Source of the DNA: an uncultured Gammaproteobacteria bacterium
GTDB lineage: Bacteria; Patescibacteriota; Patescibacteriia; UBA1558; GWA2-36-10
Reading direction: 5' to 3'
Assembly: GCA_964604515.1 (NCBI GenBank)
Contig: CAZRZA010000002.1
Coordinates: 1,607-65,606, forward strand
Length of the DNA: 64,000 nucleotides
Part shown: one piece after another, positions 30,204 through 42,924 of the stretch
Layout: each line of letters starts with the position of its first letter
How positions within the stretch are numbered: position 1 is the first letter of the stretch
Translations under genes and position numbers: made by a program
The notes under the pieces: model-generated
What the model saw: only the letters and a program-made list of their open reading frames with translations
Told to the model about the DNA's origin: nothing
Database searches by the model: none

Positions 30204-30431
30204 TTAAAATATTATTCCATCAACCTTTCCAGTACTATTACATCTATCACAGCCATTTTCTATTAATAGTTCTTTATGCCCATCACACTTAGTACATATT
30301 GTTATAATTTTTCTATATACACTAAAATTACCAGTACCATTACATTTTGGACACATTTTATAGTACTTATCTTTAGCACCAGTACCATTACAAAGTATAC
30401 AGTGTTTTTTTATTTTTCTGTATTTTACCAT
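30204..30431 (-). CDS. Small stand-alone DnaJ-type zinc-finger protein, paralog of neighbour
   Basis: CILCNGTG, CPKCNGTG, CTKCDG, CDRCNSTG; promoter TTGACA-17-TATTCT, GTTCATT, AGGAAGG SD. Confidence 0.85.
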   Translation of the reverse strand: MVKYRKIKKHCILCNGTGAKDKYYKMCPKCNGTGNFSVYRKIITICTKCDGHKELLIENGCDRCNSTGKVDGIIF

Positions 30432-30564
30432 TTACCTTCCTTTTTATTTAATGAACAATTACAATGAATTATTAGAATACTATAATATACTATATTTGTC
30501 AATGGGTGTTAATTGTTTAATTAAAAAAACTATTAAATAGTTACTTAACAGTTTTTTTATAGCT

Positions 30565-32421
30565 TTATACTTCTATAATAACCGGTAAGACCATAGGTCT
30601 TCTTTTTGTTTTACTAAAGATAAATTGTCCCAAGTTATTTCGTATTTTATCTTTTATATAGGTTTCATTAGCTTGAGTCTTTGTTTTATTATGTTCATTA
30701 ACAATAACCTTTACTTTAGACCTTATAGTCTCTACTAAAGCTCTGTTCTCTCTCATATATATAAACCCTCTAGAGATGATATCGGGAGAAGATATTAAGT
30801 TACCAGTTTTACCAGAAACAGTAGCAATAATAACAACCATACCATCAGCGGCCATTAATTCTCTATCTCTTAATACTATGTGAGAAACATCTCCTACTCC
30901 TAGGCCATCTACAAAAACATAGTCTGAATTTATTTTTTCATTTAATAATTTACCTTGTTTATTTTTATTAAATTCAATTACTTGACCATTATCTGCTATT
31001 AAAATGTTATTTTCTTTTAAACCAGCTTTTTGAGCTACTTTACCATGAATTTTTAGAAAAGAATGATTACCATAAACAGGAATATGATATTTTGGTTTAA
31101 CCATTTTTATCATATCATAAAGATCTTCTTGTTTAGCATGACCACCAGCATGAATGTCCATCATTTTATAATGAACAACTTCAGCTCCTTTACGGTAAAG
31201 GGTGTCTTTTAATCTTTGCACAGACCTTTCATTGCCAGGAATAACAGAAGAAGAGAAGACAACTGTGTCACCTTTTTCTATTTTTATATTTCTATGTTCA
31301 TTGGTGGCCACTCTCATTAGAACAGCATTATCTTCTCCTTGAGCACCAGTACAGATAATAATAATCTTATTATCAGGATAGGACTTCATGTCTTTTAAAG
31401 GAATTATTGTTCCTTTTTTAACTTTCATATAACCAAGTTGTTGAGCTAGTTCAACGTTTCTTTTCATACTAAATCCCTCAACAACTATTTTTTTATTTAG
31501 TTTTTCAGCAGACCAAATAATTTGCTGTATTCTACCTAAAAGAGAAGCAAATGTCCCTAAAATGATACGAGCAGGAGCTTTATCTAAAACCTCATCAATA
31601 TTTGTTTGAATACTACCTTCTGTTAACTGATGTCCTTCTTGAGTAGCATTAGTGCTATCAGCCATTAAAGCTAGAACATTTTGATTTCCCAAAGCTTTTA
31701 TCTTAGCTATTTCTGTAGGGGCATCACCAGAGGCTAAGGGGTCTAGCTTAAAGTCTCCAGTATGTATTATTTTTCCTAAAGGAGACTCTATAATAACTCC
31801 AACGGAACCGGGTATATTATGACTAACACCAAAAAATTTAATTTTAAAGTCACCTAATCTTAAAATAGTCTCTGTTGTAATAGACCTAAGTTTTAGGGGG
31901 GTAACCTGTTTAAAGTCTTCTTGTCTTTTAGCTATAATGCCTAGTGTTAAAGGAGTGCCAAATAATTGAGGATTACCCAAAGCAGGTATTAAATGAGGAA
32001 TAGCACCAATATGATCATAATGACCATGAGTAATAATAACTCCTCTAATAAATTTTTCTTTACCTTTTAAATATTCTATATTAGGAATTATATAATCAAT
32101 TCCAGGCATATCTTCTTCTGGCCATTGTAGGCCCATATCAACTATAATAATATCTTTAATATCTCGGCCATTAGACGTATATTCAAAAATAGTCATATTA
32201 CGACCAACTTCTTCATTGCCACCGACTGGAATAACTCTTAATTTAGCCCCTGCAGCAGCTTTAGTATTAGAAGTGTTTTTATAGTGTACTTTCTTCTTTT
32301 GTTTATTATCTACTTTATTATATTTCTTAAATACTTTCTTTTTTTTCTGTTTATAGTTTTTCTTCTTTTTACTATCAGTAACAGATAAAAGACTATCAGT
32401 AGAATCTTTCTTTATATTCAT
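30565..32421 (-). CDS. rnj: Ribonuclease J with Lys-rich N-terminal extension
   Basis: GGNEEVGRNM, THGHYDHIG, HTGDFK, TGAQGE, HAGGHA, RRPMVLPVI. Confidence 0.95.
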   Translation of the reverse strand: MNIKKDSTDSLLSVTDSKKKKNYKQKKKKVFKKYNKVDNKQKKKVHYKNTSNTKAAAGAKLRVIPVGGNEEVGRNMTIFEYTSNGRDIKDIIIVDMGLQWPEEDMPGIDYIIPNIEYLKGKEKFIRGVIITHGHYDHIGAIPHLIPALGNPQLFGTPLTLGIIAKRQEDFKQVTPLKLRSITTETILRLGDFKIKFFGVSHNIPGSVGVIIESPLGKIIHTGDFKLDPLASGDAPTEIAKIKALGNQNVLALMADSTNATQEGHQLTEGSIQTNIDEVLDKAPARIILGTFASLLGRIQQIIWSAEKLNKKIVVEGFSMKRNVELAQQLGYMKVKKGTIIPLKDMKSYPDNKIIIICTGAQGEDNAVLMRVATNEHRNIKIEKGDTVVFSSSVIPGNERSVQRLKDTLYRKGAEVVHYKMMDIHAGGHAKQEDLYDMIKMVKPKYHIPVYGNHSFLKIHGKVAQKAGLKENNILIADNGQVIEFNKNKQGKLLNEKINSDYVFVDGLGVGDVSHIVLRDRELMAADGMVVIIATVSGKTGNLISSPDIISRGFIYMRENRALVETIRSKVKVIVNEHNKTKTQANETYIKDKIRNNLGQFIFSKTKRRPMVLPVIIEV

Positions 32422-32441
32422 TTTTTATTTATTAATTATAA

Positions 32442-34349
32442 TTATTTGCTTTTCTTTATAGTTCTTTTTGTTTTTATATACCAATAATTTATACTATTAA
32501 AACGATCGGCTGGTAAATTAATGAATTGTAATTCATTTAAACCTTTTATTTTTTTAGCTAAAGGATAAATATAGGTAGGATTATATAAGAAGGAAGCAAA
32601 GTGTAATTCTAATAACTTTTCTTGAAACTTAATCATTGCTTCTTCTTTAGCTATATCACTATCAGCTATTCGAGCTTCTTCTAAATATTTATCTATGTCT
32701 TTATTAGCTAAAATACTTAAATTAAGTCCTGGATATTGATTTTGACTAGAATGCCAGAAAGGATATGGCCCAGAATTAATATTTATTACCTCACCATATA
32801 AAAAGGTTTGATAGTTTCTTTCTTCAATAGTTTTTTTAATATTACTTTTAGAAATTATTTCTAATTCTGTTTTAATACCAATTGCTTCCCAGTTTTCTTT
32901 AATAATATTAAGAGATTTTACATTTTCTATTTGATCAACTGTACTTAATTTAATAGTTAGTATCTCCGGCTCTTCATCATCTTCTGTTCCTTTTTTAACC
33001 CTAAATATTCCTTCTTCAGGAAGTATATAATTTAACTCTTCTAATATTTCTTGAGCTTTAGTTATATTATATTCTTCATTTTTTAACTCTTCACTATAAC
33101 CAATTAAACCAGGTAATATAGGAGTATGAATTATTTGTCCATCACCATTAATGCCCTCACTAAGAACTCTTTCTTTATCAATGCTTAAATCCAAAACTCT
33201 TCTAAATTCTACTTCTTTTAATAATTCATTATTATTTGGGTTGAAGAATATGCTAGTATATTGAGGAAAATGTAAATTATGTAAAGTTACTTTTTTGTTT
33301 TTAAGATTCTTATTTTCTTTAGGTAAGTATATTAAACCTTCTATATTATTATTTTCTAAAGCTTCAACTCCTGTTTGAAAATCAGGATAAAATTTAAAGC
33401 TTAATTCTTCTATATAAGCAGATTTATCATAATAATTATTGAAAGGTTTTAAAGAGTATTGTTTTATATTACCTTGGGCATCTCTAAGAAGAGTATTGAA
33501 TATATAAGAACCAGAGCCAACAGGCTTTATGTTTAATTCTGCTAAAGAAGCTCCAAAGGCCGGAATACTATACCAAAGATGTTTAGGTATTATACCTATG
33601 GTTAAGATAGACAAGAAAGGTGAAAAGGGTTTTTCTAAAGTAAACTGTACAGTTCTGTCATTAATCTTATTAACCTCTATACCATTGAAACTATTTTTTA
33701 AAGGACTTTTGTATTCTATGTTTTTAATACTCTCTATAGTAAAGACTATATCTTCAGCTGTTAGAGGCTCATTATCATGCCAAGTAATATTATCTTTTAA
33801 TTCAAAAGTGTATACTTTTCTTTCAGCGTCTATAGTGTAACCACTTGCTAGGTCTGGTACTATTTGTCCATTTTCGTCATATTTAACTAAACCAGAATAA
33901 ATTAATTTAACCAAATCTCTATCAACATCATTATTTGCTAAAATAGGATTTATTAATCTTGGAGCGCCAATTAATCCCTCAGTATATGAACCACCAAAAG
34001 CAGGTATAATTATAGAATTTTTTAACCAAGATCTAGATAATAATACTGTTGTTGATGTCATTAATATTATTAAAGCTATGAAGAGATATAGTTTTTCTTT
34101 TTTTATTAAAAACTTTGGTAATTGCTTTAATTGCTTCCAAGTTGGAACTTTATCATTACTTAGTTTAAACAGTAACTTTTTATTAGGGTCTTTTTCTGTA
34201 TAAACCTTATTAAATATAATTTTTAAGTATTTCTTTATCTTAGGATAAATAATATTAAAAATATTATTAGATTTTTGACCAATAAAAAATAAGAAATTTT
34301 TAATTTTTGAGTAATTAATCTTTATATTTTTGTTTTTAAACGTATAAAT
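32442..34349 (-). CDS. ABC transporter peptide-binding protein (family 5), membrane anchored; exact start uncertain (non-canonical)
   Basis: GGSYTEG, YSGLVK, PDLA, TWHD, PVGSG; frame stays open ~98 codons upstream of ATG 34061 without ATG/GTG/TTG. Confidence 0.8.
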   Translation of the reverse strand: MYTFKNKNIKINYSKIKNFLFFIGQKSNNIFNIIYPKIKKYLKIIFNKVYTEKDPNKKLLFKLSNDKVPTWKQLKQLPKFLIKKEKLYLFIALIILMTSTTVLLSRSWLKNSIIIPAFGGSYTEGLIGAPRLINPILANNDVDRDLVKLIYSGLVKYDENGQIVPDLASGYTIDAERKVYTFELKDNITWHDNEPLTAEDIVFTIESIKNIEYKSPLKNSFNGIEVNKINDRTVQFTLEKPFSPFLSILTIGIIPKHLWYSIPAFGASLAELNIKPVGSGSYIFNTLLRDAQGNIKQYSLKPFNNYYDKSAYIEELSFKFYPDFQTGVEALENNNIEGLIYLPKENKNLKNKKVTLHNLHFPQYTSIFFNPNNNELLKEVEFRRVLDLSIDKERVLSEGINGDGQIIHTPILPGLIGYSEELKNEEYNITKAQEILEELNYILPEEGIFRVKKGTEDDEEPEILTIKLSTVDQIENVKSLNIIKENWEAIGIKTELEIISKSNIKKTIEERNYQTFLYGEVININSGPYPFWHSSQNQYPGLNLSILANKDIDKYLEEARIADSDIAKEEAMIKFQEKLLELHFASFLYNPTYIYPLAKKIKGLNELQFINLPADRFNSINYWYIKTKRTIKKSK

Positions 34350-34351
34350 GT

Positions 34352-34570
34352 TTAATTAATAAATAGACTAGCTAAAGCAGTAGCTAGGAATATAAAACTA
34401 AGGATAATAGTAAGGCGGAAAATTGTTTTTTCAGCACCTCTTTTAGTACGATAAACAGTACTATCTCCTCCAAAAGTAGACCCTAAACCAGAGCCTTTTT
34501 GTTGTAGTAATATAATTATTATTAAAAATATTGATACAATAATTTGTACTATATATAATGTATTTTGCAT
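34352..34570 (-). CDS. secG: Preprotein translocase subunit SecG
   Basis: ILLQQKGSGLGSTFGG..RGAEK..T, two TM helices. Confidence 0.93.
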   Translation of the reverse strand: MQNTLYIVQIIVSIFLIIIILLQQKGSGLGSTFGGDSTVYRTKRGAEKTIFRLTIILSFIFLATALASLFIN

Positions 34571-34695
34571 AAAAAAGTTTACTCAATAGATATAGACTAA
34601 CAGAAAATTATTATTTTGTCAATACGCTTGACTAATACTACAGAAGGAGTAAGCTTGTATTTCATCTATTTAGTTCATTACAAAAGGAGAAAAAT

Positions 34696-34899
34696 ATGGA
34701 ACATTCTAAAAATAAATGGACCTGCCCTCACTGTGATCATAATGACAAACAGGAAGTGGTTGGTGTTAAAGAAACAGATTCAAGTCTAGCAGTATATAAA
34801 TGTAGTTCTTGTCAGGGGTTATTTACTATAGCTAGTGGTTGTGGATCATATACATCAGAAATACCATACAGAGGTCAGATTAAGAAAGAGGTTGGTTAA
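34696..34899 (+). CDS. Small zinc-ribbon protein (stand-alone SD-led unit)
   Basis: CPHC...CSSC; TTGACT-16-TAAGCT, AGTTCATT, AAGGAGA SD, terminator 34904-34935. Confidence 0.8.
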   Translation: MEHSKNKWTCPHCDHNDKQEVVGVKETDSSLAVYKCSSCQGLFTIASGCGSYTSEIPYRGQIKKEVG

Positions 34900-35004
34900 A
34901 AATAAAAGAGCTATTAAAAATAATAGCTCTTTTTTCTTGAGGATTTAATTCTTGACTTAGTATTTTTTCTATGTTACTATTTCGAGGATTATTATATATA
35001 GTAT

Positions 35005-37836
35005 ATGAAAAAAGAAATAAGCATTAAAGGTGCTAGAGTACACAATTTAAAGAATATAGATATAAATATACCTCGTGATAAATTTGTGGTTATTACAGGT
35101 CTTTCTGGTTCTGGTAAATCTTCTTTAGCTTTTGACACTATTTATGCTGAAGGCCAAAGACGTTATGTAGAGTCATTATCTAGCTATGCTAGACAATTTT
35201 TGGATGTAATGAATAAACCGGATATAGATAAAATAGATGGTTTATCACCAGCCATATCTATAGATCAAAAATCTTCTTCTCGTAATCCCAGGTCTACGGT
35301 AGGTACTATTACAGAAATATATGATCATTTAAGGTTATTATTTGCTCGAATAGGAATACCTCATTGTTTGGAATGCTCTGAAAGGTTAATTAAACAAAAT
35401 GTCAAAGATATTACAGATAAAGTGTGGTCTTTGCCTTTAGATACAGACTTAATGATTCTTTCTCCTATTGTTAGAAATAAAAAAGGTGAACATCGTAAAT
35501 CTTTAGAAAGAATAGAGGGTGCTGGCTATAAAAGATTAAGATTAGACGGAGAAATTATTAACATTAAGAAGGCTAAAAATGTTGTTTTAGATAAGAATAA
35601 AAAACATAATATAGAAATAGTTATTGATCATATAAATAATGATAAAGAAAAGAAAACTAAAGAAAGACTAAGTAGTGCCTTAGTTAATGGTTTAGACCTA
35701 GGCAATGGTTTTATTATTATTAATTTAACCAAGGATAATAAAGATTTAAATTTTAGCGAATATTATTCTTGTCCTAAGCATAGTGAGATTAATTTATTAG
35801 AATTAGAGCCCAGAAACTTTTCTTTTAATAGTCCTCAGGGAGCTTGTCATGCTTGTTCTGGCTTAGGTACAAATTTAATTGTTGATGGTGATTTAGTAAT
35901 TCCTAATAAAAGACTATCCTTGGCAGAAGGAGCAATACGTCCTTGGTCCCGAACAGCGTCTAATCAGTCTTGGTATACAGCTATTATAGAAGCAGTTGCT
36001 AAGAAGTATAAGTTTTCTACTAGAGATCCTATTACAAAGTTAAAAGAAAAACATTTAAATATAATATTAAATGGTACTGGTGAAGAAGCATATAAGTTAA
36101 ACTTAAGTAATAATTATAAAAATACTTTTGAAGGAGTAATAGCCAATCTAAAAAGAAGACATACAGAAACAGATTCTGATTATATTCGTAGTGAAATAGA
36201 AAGATATATGAGGGTATATACCTGTCCTTCTTGTCAGGGCAAGAGATTGAATGAAGAGGCTTTAGCTGTTACATTTTTAGATAAAAATATTTCTTATATT
36301 TCTTTATTAAGCATTAAAGAGCTAACTCATTTCTTTAAAGATTTGAACAAAAGATTAAATAAAGAAGAAAACATAATAGCCGATCCTATTATCAAGGCTA
36401 TTAAAGAAAGACTTAAGTTTTTAAATAATGTTGGTTTAGATTATTTGTCTTTAAATCGTTCGGCTAATACTTTGTCAGGTGGTGAAGCACAAAGAATTCG
36501 TTTAGCTACTCAAATAGGAACTTCTTTAACGGGGGTATTATATATTTTAGATGAACCCTCTATTGGTTTACATCAAAGAGATAATAAAAAATTAATAATA
36601 GCTTTAAAAAAATTAAGAGACTCTGGTAATTCAGTAATAGTAGTAGAGCATGATGAGGAAACAATATTAGCAGCTGATTATGTTATTGACATAGGTCCTG
36701 GAGCAGGCAAAAAAGGAGGAGAAATAATCTTTGCGGGTTTAGCTAAAGATATTATCAAAGACAATAAGTCTTTAACTGGACAATACTTAAAAGGAAAAAA
36801 AAGTATCCCTATTACTAAGAAAAAAAGGAAAGGAAATAGTAAATATATAGACATTAAAGGAGCCTCTGAATTTAATTTGAAGAATATAGGTATTAAGATA
36901 CCTTTGGGCAAATTTATTAGTATTACAGGAGTATCTGGTTCTGGTAAATCTACTTTAGTTACCGAAATATTAGCTAAAGCTTTATCGCAACATTTTTATA
37001 AAACAAAGGCTAAGCCGGGCCAGTATAAAGAAATTAAAGGTTTAGAAAATATAGATAAAGTAATAAATATAGACCAATCTCCAATTGGCAGAACTCCTAG
37101 ATCTAATCCAGCAACCTATACAGGCGTCTTTACTTATATTAGGGATTTATTTGCAGAACAAAAAGAAGCTAAATTAAGAGGATATAAAGCTGGTCGCTTT
37201 TCTTTTAATGTTAGAGGAGGAAGATGTGAAGTTTGTCAGGGAGATGGTTCTGTAAAAATTGAAATGAATTTTTTAGCAAATGTTTATATAGAATGTAAAG
37301 AATGTCATGGTAAAAGATATAATACTGAAGCCTTAGAAATACATTATAATCAAAAAGATATTTCAGAAATATTAGAAATGACAGCTGAAGAAGCAGCTAA
37401 TTTCTTTATTGATATTTCTAATATCTATAATAAATTAAAAGTCTTAGTAGATGTTGGTTTGGGATACATTAGGCTAGGACAACCAGCTAATACTTTATCA
37501 GGTGGGGAAGCCCAAAGAATTAAATTAGCAACAGAATTATCTCGTAGATCTTCTGGACAGACATTATATATTTTAGATGAACCAACTACGGGTTTACACT
37601 TTGATGATATTAAAAGATTATTAGAAATATTACATCGTTTAACAGACAAGGGTAATACAGTTATAGTGGTAGAACATAATTTAGATGTTATTAAATCTTC
37701 TGATCATCTTATTGACTTGGGGCCAGAAGGAGGAGACAAAGGTGGCTATATAGTAGCAGAAGGCAAGCCAGAGGAAGTAGCCAAAATTAAAAAGAGTTAT
37801 ACGGGACAATATTTAGCTAAAGTATTTAAAAAATAA
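35005..37836 (+). CDS. uvrA: Excinuclease ABC subunit A
   Basis: [14 protein letters not shown], two [17 protein letters not shown], zinc fingers. Confidence 0.98.
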   Translation: MKKEISIKGARVHNLKNIDINIPRDKFVVITGLSGSGKSSLAFDTIYAEGQRRYVESLSSYARQFLDVMNKPDIDKIDGLSPAISIDQKSSSRNPRSTVGTITEIYDHLRLLFARIGIPHCLECSERLIKQNVKDITDKVWSLPLDTDLMILSPIVRNKKGEHRKSLERIEGAGYKRLRLDGEIINIKKAKNVVLDKNKKHNIEIVIDHINNDKEKKTKERLSSALVNGLDLGNGFIIINLTKDNKDLNFSEYYSCPKHSEINLLELEPRNFSFNSPQGACHACSGLGTNLIVDGDLVIPNKRLSLAEGAIRPWSRTASNQSWYTAIIEAVAKKYKFSTRDPITKLKEKHLNIILNGTGEEAYKLNLSNNYKNTFEGVIANLKRRHTETDSDYIRSEIERYMRVYTCPSCQGKRLNEEALAVTFLDKNISYISLLSIKELTHFFKDLNKRLNKEENIIADPIIKAIKERLKFLNNVGLDYLSLNRSANTLSGGEAQRIRLATQIGTSLTGVLYILDEPSIGLHQRDNKKLIIALKKLRDSGNSVIVVEHDEETILAADYVIDIGPGAGKKGGEIIFAGLAKDIIKDNKSLTGQYLKGKKSIPITKKKRKGNSKYIDIKGASEFNLKNIGIKIPLGKFISITGVSGSGKSTLVTEILAKALSQHFYKTKAKPGQYKEIKGLENIDKVINIDQSPIGRTPRSNPATYTGVFTYIRDLFAEQKEAKLRGYKAGRFSFNVRGGRCEVCQGDGSVKIEMNFLANVYIECKECHGKRYNTEALEIHYNQKDISEILEMTAEEAANFFIDISNIYNKLKVLVDVGLGYIRLGQPANTLSGGEAQRIKLATELSRRSSGQTLYILDEPTTGLHFDDIKRLLEILHRLTDKGNTVIVVEHNLDVIKSSDHLIDLGPEGGDKGGYIVAEGKPEEVAKIKKSYTGQYLAKVFKK

Positions 37837-37846
37837 TAGTATTGTT

Positions 37847-38794
37847 ATGAATAATTTAGAAAAATCAATTTTAAAGACAATAGTTTTTGCTGATATTTTT
37901 AATTATCCCCTAACAATAACAGAAGTATATAAATGGTTATATAAACCAACTAAAATAAAAGGTAAATACCCTTCTTTATTTTTAATAAGAAAAACTTTAA
38001 AAGAATCTAAGATTATTTCAGAAAAACTTTCTCAAAGAGAAGGTTTTTATTATTTAAAAGGACGAAGAAATATTATTTATCTTCGTAAACAAAATAATAA
38101 TTTAGCTGAAAGTAAATTTTCGAGAATAGTTTCTTTAATTAAAATATATAGATTTATTCCTTTTGTGAGAATGATAGCAATTTGTAATTCTTTAGCTATT
38201 TCTAATGCTAATGAAAATAGTGATATAGACTTATTTATTATAACTAAAAAAAATAAAATTTGGTTAGCTAGATTTTTTACAGTTATTTTGGTTAAGTTTT
38301 TTGATTTACGTCCTCGTGAAGATAAGTCTAAAGATACTTTTTGTTTAAGCTTCTTTATTGATGAAGACTATTTAAATATTAAGAATATTATGATTAATCA
38401 TCATGATATTTATTTGCCTCATTGGATACAACAATTAATGCCTATTTACAATCCAGATTATTTATATGAAAAGTTTATGAAAGCTAATAATTGGTACAAA
38501 GAATATTTACCAAATGGTTATAATAATGAATTTGTTCATGAGGTTAAAGAAACTTATTTTTCTCGATTTTATAATATTATTATCAATGCTCTTTTTTCAA
38601 TACCCTTTATATCATATTATATACATGGTTTATTAAGAAAAATTCAGATTTTAATTATTGGGCATAATTTAAAAGCTTTAGTAAATTTAAATACTAAAGT
38701 AATTGTTAATAATCAGATGTTAAAGTTTCATGATAATGATAGAAGAGAAATGTTTTTTAAACAATGGAAAGAGAAATTAAATAATTTATTATGA
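37847..38794 (+). CDS. Putative nucleotidyltransferase-domain protein
   Basis: NSLA....SDIDLFII motif of Pol-beta-type NTases. Confidence 0.7.
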   Translation: MNNLEKSILKTIVFADIFNYPLTITEVYKWLYKPTKIKGKYPSLFLIRKTLKESKIISEKLSQREGFYYLKGRRNIIYLRKQNNNLAESKFSRIVSLIKIYRFIPFVRMIAICNSLAISNANENSDIDLFIITKKNKIWLARFFTVILVKFFDLRPREDKSKDTFCLSFFIDEDYLNIKNIMINHHDIYLPHWIQQLMPIYNPDYLYEKFMKANNWYKEYLPNGYNNEFVHEVKETYFSRFYNIIINALFSIPFISYYIHGLLRKIQILIIGHNLKALVNLNTKVIVNNQMLKFHDNDRREMFFKQWKEKLNNLL

Positions 38795-40059
38795 AGAATA
38801 GATATTATTTAATTTATATTAATTTATTATCTTTATTTATTATTTTATTTCCTTGGCAAATAAGATATATATTTTTTGATTATAAAATAAATGAACAAAT
38901 TTGGGAATATGGTCGTCTAAGTATTTACTTAAGCATGATTCTTCTTTTTTTAGCTACTATCTTTTATTTATTTAATAATAGTCATAAATTAAAAAGATTT
39001 TTTGCTATAAAAACTTGGTCTAGAAAATCTAAAGCCTTAGCTTTGTTTTTAATTTATTTATTTCTTGTTTCTTTATTCTCTGCTTCTAGTATTATTTCTT
39101 TATATTATTATCTTTTATTACTTTTAGCTACCATATTTGTTTGGCTTTTAAAAGATTTTCCTAGGGATAAATTTTTTAATTTATTTTTATTTAATGGCCT
39201 AATACAAGGTTTATTATCTTTTTATCAATCTTTTTCTCAAAAGGTAATAGCTAATAAATACCTGGGTATAGCTGAGCAGATTCCAGAAAGATTAGGAGCC
39301 TCTGTTTTAGAAATAGATGGTTATCGTCTTTTACGGTCTTATGGATCATTGTCACACCCTAATATTTTAGGAGGTTTTCTTTTCTTTACTATAATAATAG
39401 GTATTTATTTATGGTTACAATTTTATAGAAAAAAAAGGAATGATTTATTTTACTTTATTTTTATCATAGCTAGCATTGTAATAGCTAGCCTAGGATTATT
39501 ATTAACTTTTTCTCGAGCTAGTTTTTTAGCTTTAATTGTTTCTTTAATAATTCTAATTATATTTTCTTTATTTAAGAAAGATTATTTATCTTTATTCATA
39601 ATTTCTAAATATTTTATAATATTATTATTATCTTTTTTTGTTATAAATCTATGGTGGCCTCAAGCTTGGGCATCTCGTTTTGATTTTAATAATAGATTAG
39701 AAATTAACTCCCTAGAAGAAAGAGCAGGGGGTTTTAAACAAGTTGATTTTAATAATAATAAACAACTATTTTTAGGGCAGGGCCTAGGAATGAATACCTA
39801 CCTTAATTATTCTACTGATTTAGAGGTATATGATATCCAACCTATTCATAATATATTTCTTTTAATATTATCTGAAATAGGTATAATAGGAGTATTATTA
39901 TTTATTAATTTAATAGAAAAAAAGAAGTATAATATATTATCTTTAGGGGTATTGATAGGTTTTATTGTCCTAGGATCATTTGATCATTATCTTTGGACTT
40001 CTTGGACAGGCTTATTACTTTTTTCTCTATTATTTTATAATAATAGAGAAAAACCTTGA
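38791..40059 (+). CDS. O-antigen ligase (Wzy_C) family membrane protein
   Basis: Many TM helices; RSYGSLSHPNILGG, TFSRA, PIHNIFLLILSEIG. Confidence 0.85.
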   Translation: MKNRYYLIYINLLSLFIILFPWQIRYIFFDYKINEQIWEYGRLSIYLSMILLFLATIFYLFNNSHKLKRFFAIKTWSRKSKALALFLIYLFLVSLFSASSIISLYYYLLLLLATIFVWLLKDFPRDKFFNLFLFNGLIQGLLSFYQSFSQKVIANKYLGIAEQIPERLGASVLEIDGYRLLRSYGSLSHPNILGGFLFFTIIIGIYLWLQFYRKKRNDLFYFIFIIASIVIASLGLLLTFSRASFLALIVSLIILIIFSLFKKDYLSLFIISKYFIILLLSFFVINLWWPQAWASRFDFNNRLEINSLEERAGGFKQVDFNNNKQLFLGQGLGMNTYLNYSTDLEVYDIQPIHNIFLLILSEIGIIGVLLFINLIEKKKYNILSLGVLIGFIVLGSFDHYLWTSWTGLLLFSLLFYNNREKP

Positions 40060-40069
40060 CAAAATAGTA

Positions 40070-40096
40070 TTAGCACTCTAAAATATAGAGTGCTAA
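40070..40096 (+). promoter_or_regulatory. CIRCE element (HrcA operator) overlapping the groES promoter
   Basis: Perfect TTAGCACTC-N9-GAGTGCTAA; -35 TTGACA at 40056, -10 TAAAAT inside the spacer. Confidence 0.95.
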
Positions 40097-40123
40097 TTTT
40101 AATTATTAATTAAATAAAATAAT

Positions 40124-42047
<1,924 letters not shown>

Positions 42048-42052
42048 AATAT

Positions 42053-42082
42053 AACACCTCTCTTTTGAGAGGTGTTTTTTTA
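42053..42082 (+). terminator. groESL terminator
   Basis: AACACCTCTC-tttt-GAGAGGTGTT followed by T tract. Confidence 0.85.
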
Positions 42083-42109
42083 TTAGTGTTTTTTTGTTAT
42101 AATATAAGT

Positions 42110-42607
42110 ATGGTCAAAGAAGAAGCAAAATTAGATATAGAATATAAAGAAACTACTGAAGCTTGGGTTAAGGAAGTGGATCAAGACAAAGAAGATTTAG
42201 AAAAGTTTCAAGAAGAAAAAACAGAAGAAGCTAAAAAGATTTCTTGGATTTTATTAGTATTTATTTTATTTATAATTTCTATTTTAGGAGAAATTATAGT
42301 TTATAGCATTGGGGACTATTTTTTTATTAAGGAAATTAATATAAATATATTAATTTGGTTATGGAGAGTTATTTTGATTAATTTTTATTTATACATCTCC
42401 TATTTTAGAATACACTTACCTTTGGAAAGAATATTTATCATAGCTATTATATCTTTAGTAGCTTCTATTATAGCTTCTATTATTTTTAAAATATTATTTA
42501 TTAATGATGCCTGGGTTTACTTAAATTTATTAGTAGAACCTATTTGGATTATATTATTAATTGCTTTATTTGGTAGTTTATATATTAAATATATTTTTAA
42601 AAATTAA
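42110..42607 (+). CDS. Hypothetical membrane protein (about 4 TM), probably leaderless
   Basis: TATAAT 6 nt upstream of ATG 42110; acidic N-terminus then hydrophobic helices. Confidence 0.7.
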   Translation: MVKEEAKLDIEYKETTEAWVKEVDQDKEDLEKFQEEKTEEAKKISWILLVFILFIISILGEIIVYSIGDYFFIKEININILIWLWRVILINFYLYISYFRIHLPLERIFIIAIISLVASIIASIIFKILFINDAWVYLNLLVEPIWIILLIALFGSLYIKYIFKN

Positions 42608-42611
42608 ATTT

Positions 42612-42923
42612 ATGATAGAAAAAGATCAAAAGGATATAAATAGAAATAGACATATAGCTGCTGCTAGTTATATTTGGGTATTATGCTTAATACCCCTTTT
42701 ATTTAAAAGAGAATCTAAATTTGCTCAGTTTCACGCTAAACAAGGATTATTATTATTTATTATAGAAATATTTGGTTTTATTCTATTCCTTATCCCTATT
42801 ATCGGTCAAATATTATTCTTCATGGTAATACTATACTCTATTATTGGTGTTAAAAAAGCTTTAGATGGTAAATACTGGTCTATGCCACTTTTAAATAAAG
42901 TAGTAAATAAAATAAATATTTAG
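42612..42923 (+). CDS. DUF4870/Tic20-like small membrane protein
   Basis: AAASY..., FAQFHAKQGL, ALDGKYWSMP. Confidence 0.75.
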   Translation: MIEKDQKDINRNRHIAAASYIWVLCLIPLLFKRESKFAQFHAKQGLLLFIIEIFGFILFLIPIIGQILFFMVILYSIIGVKKALDGKYWSMPLLNKVVNKINI

Positions 42924-42924
42924 A

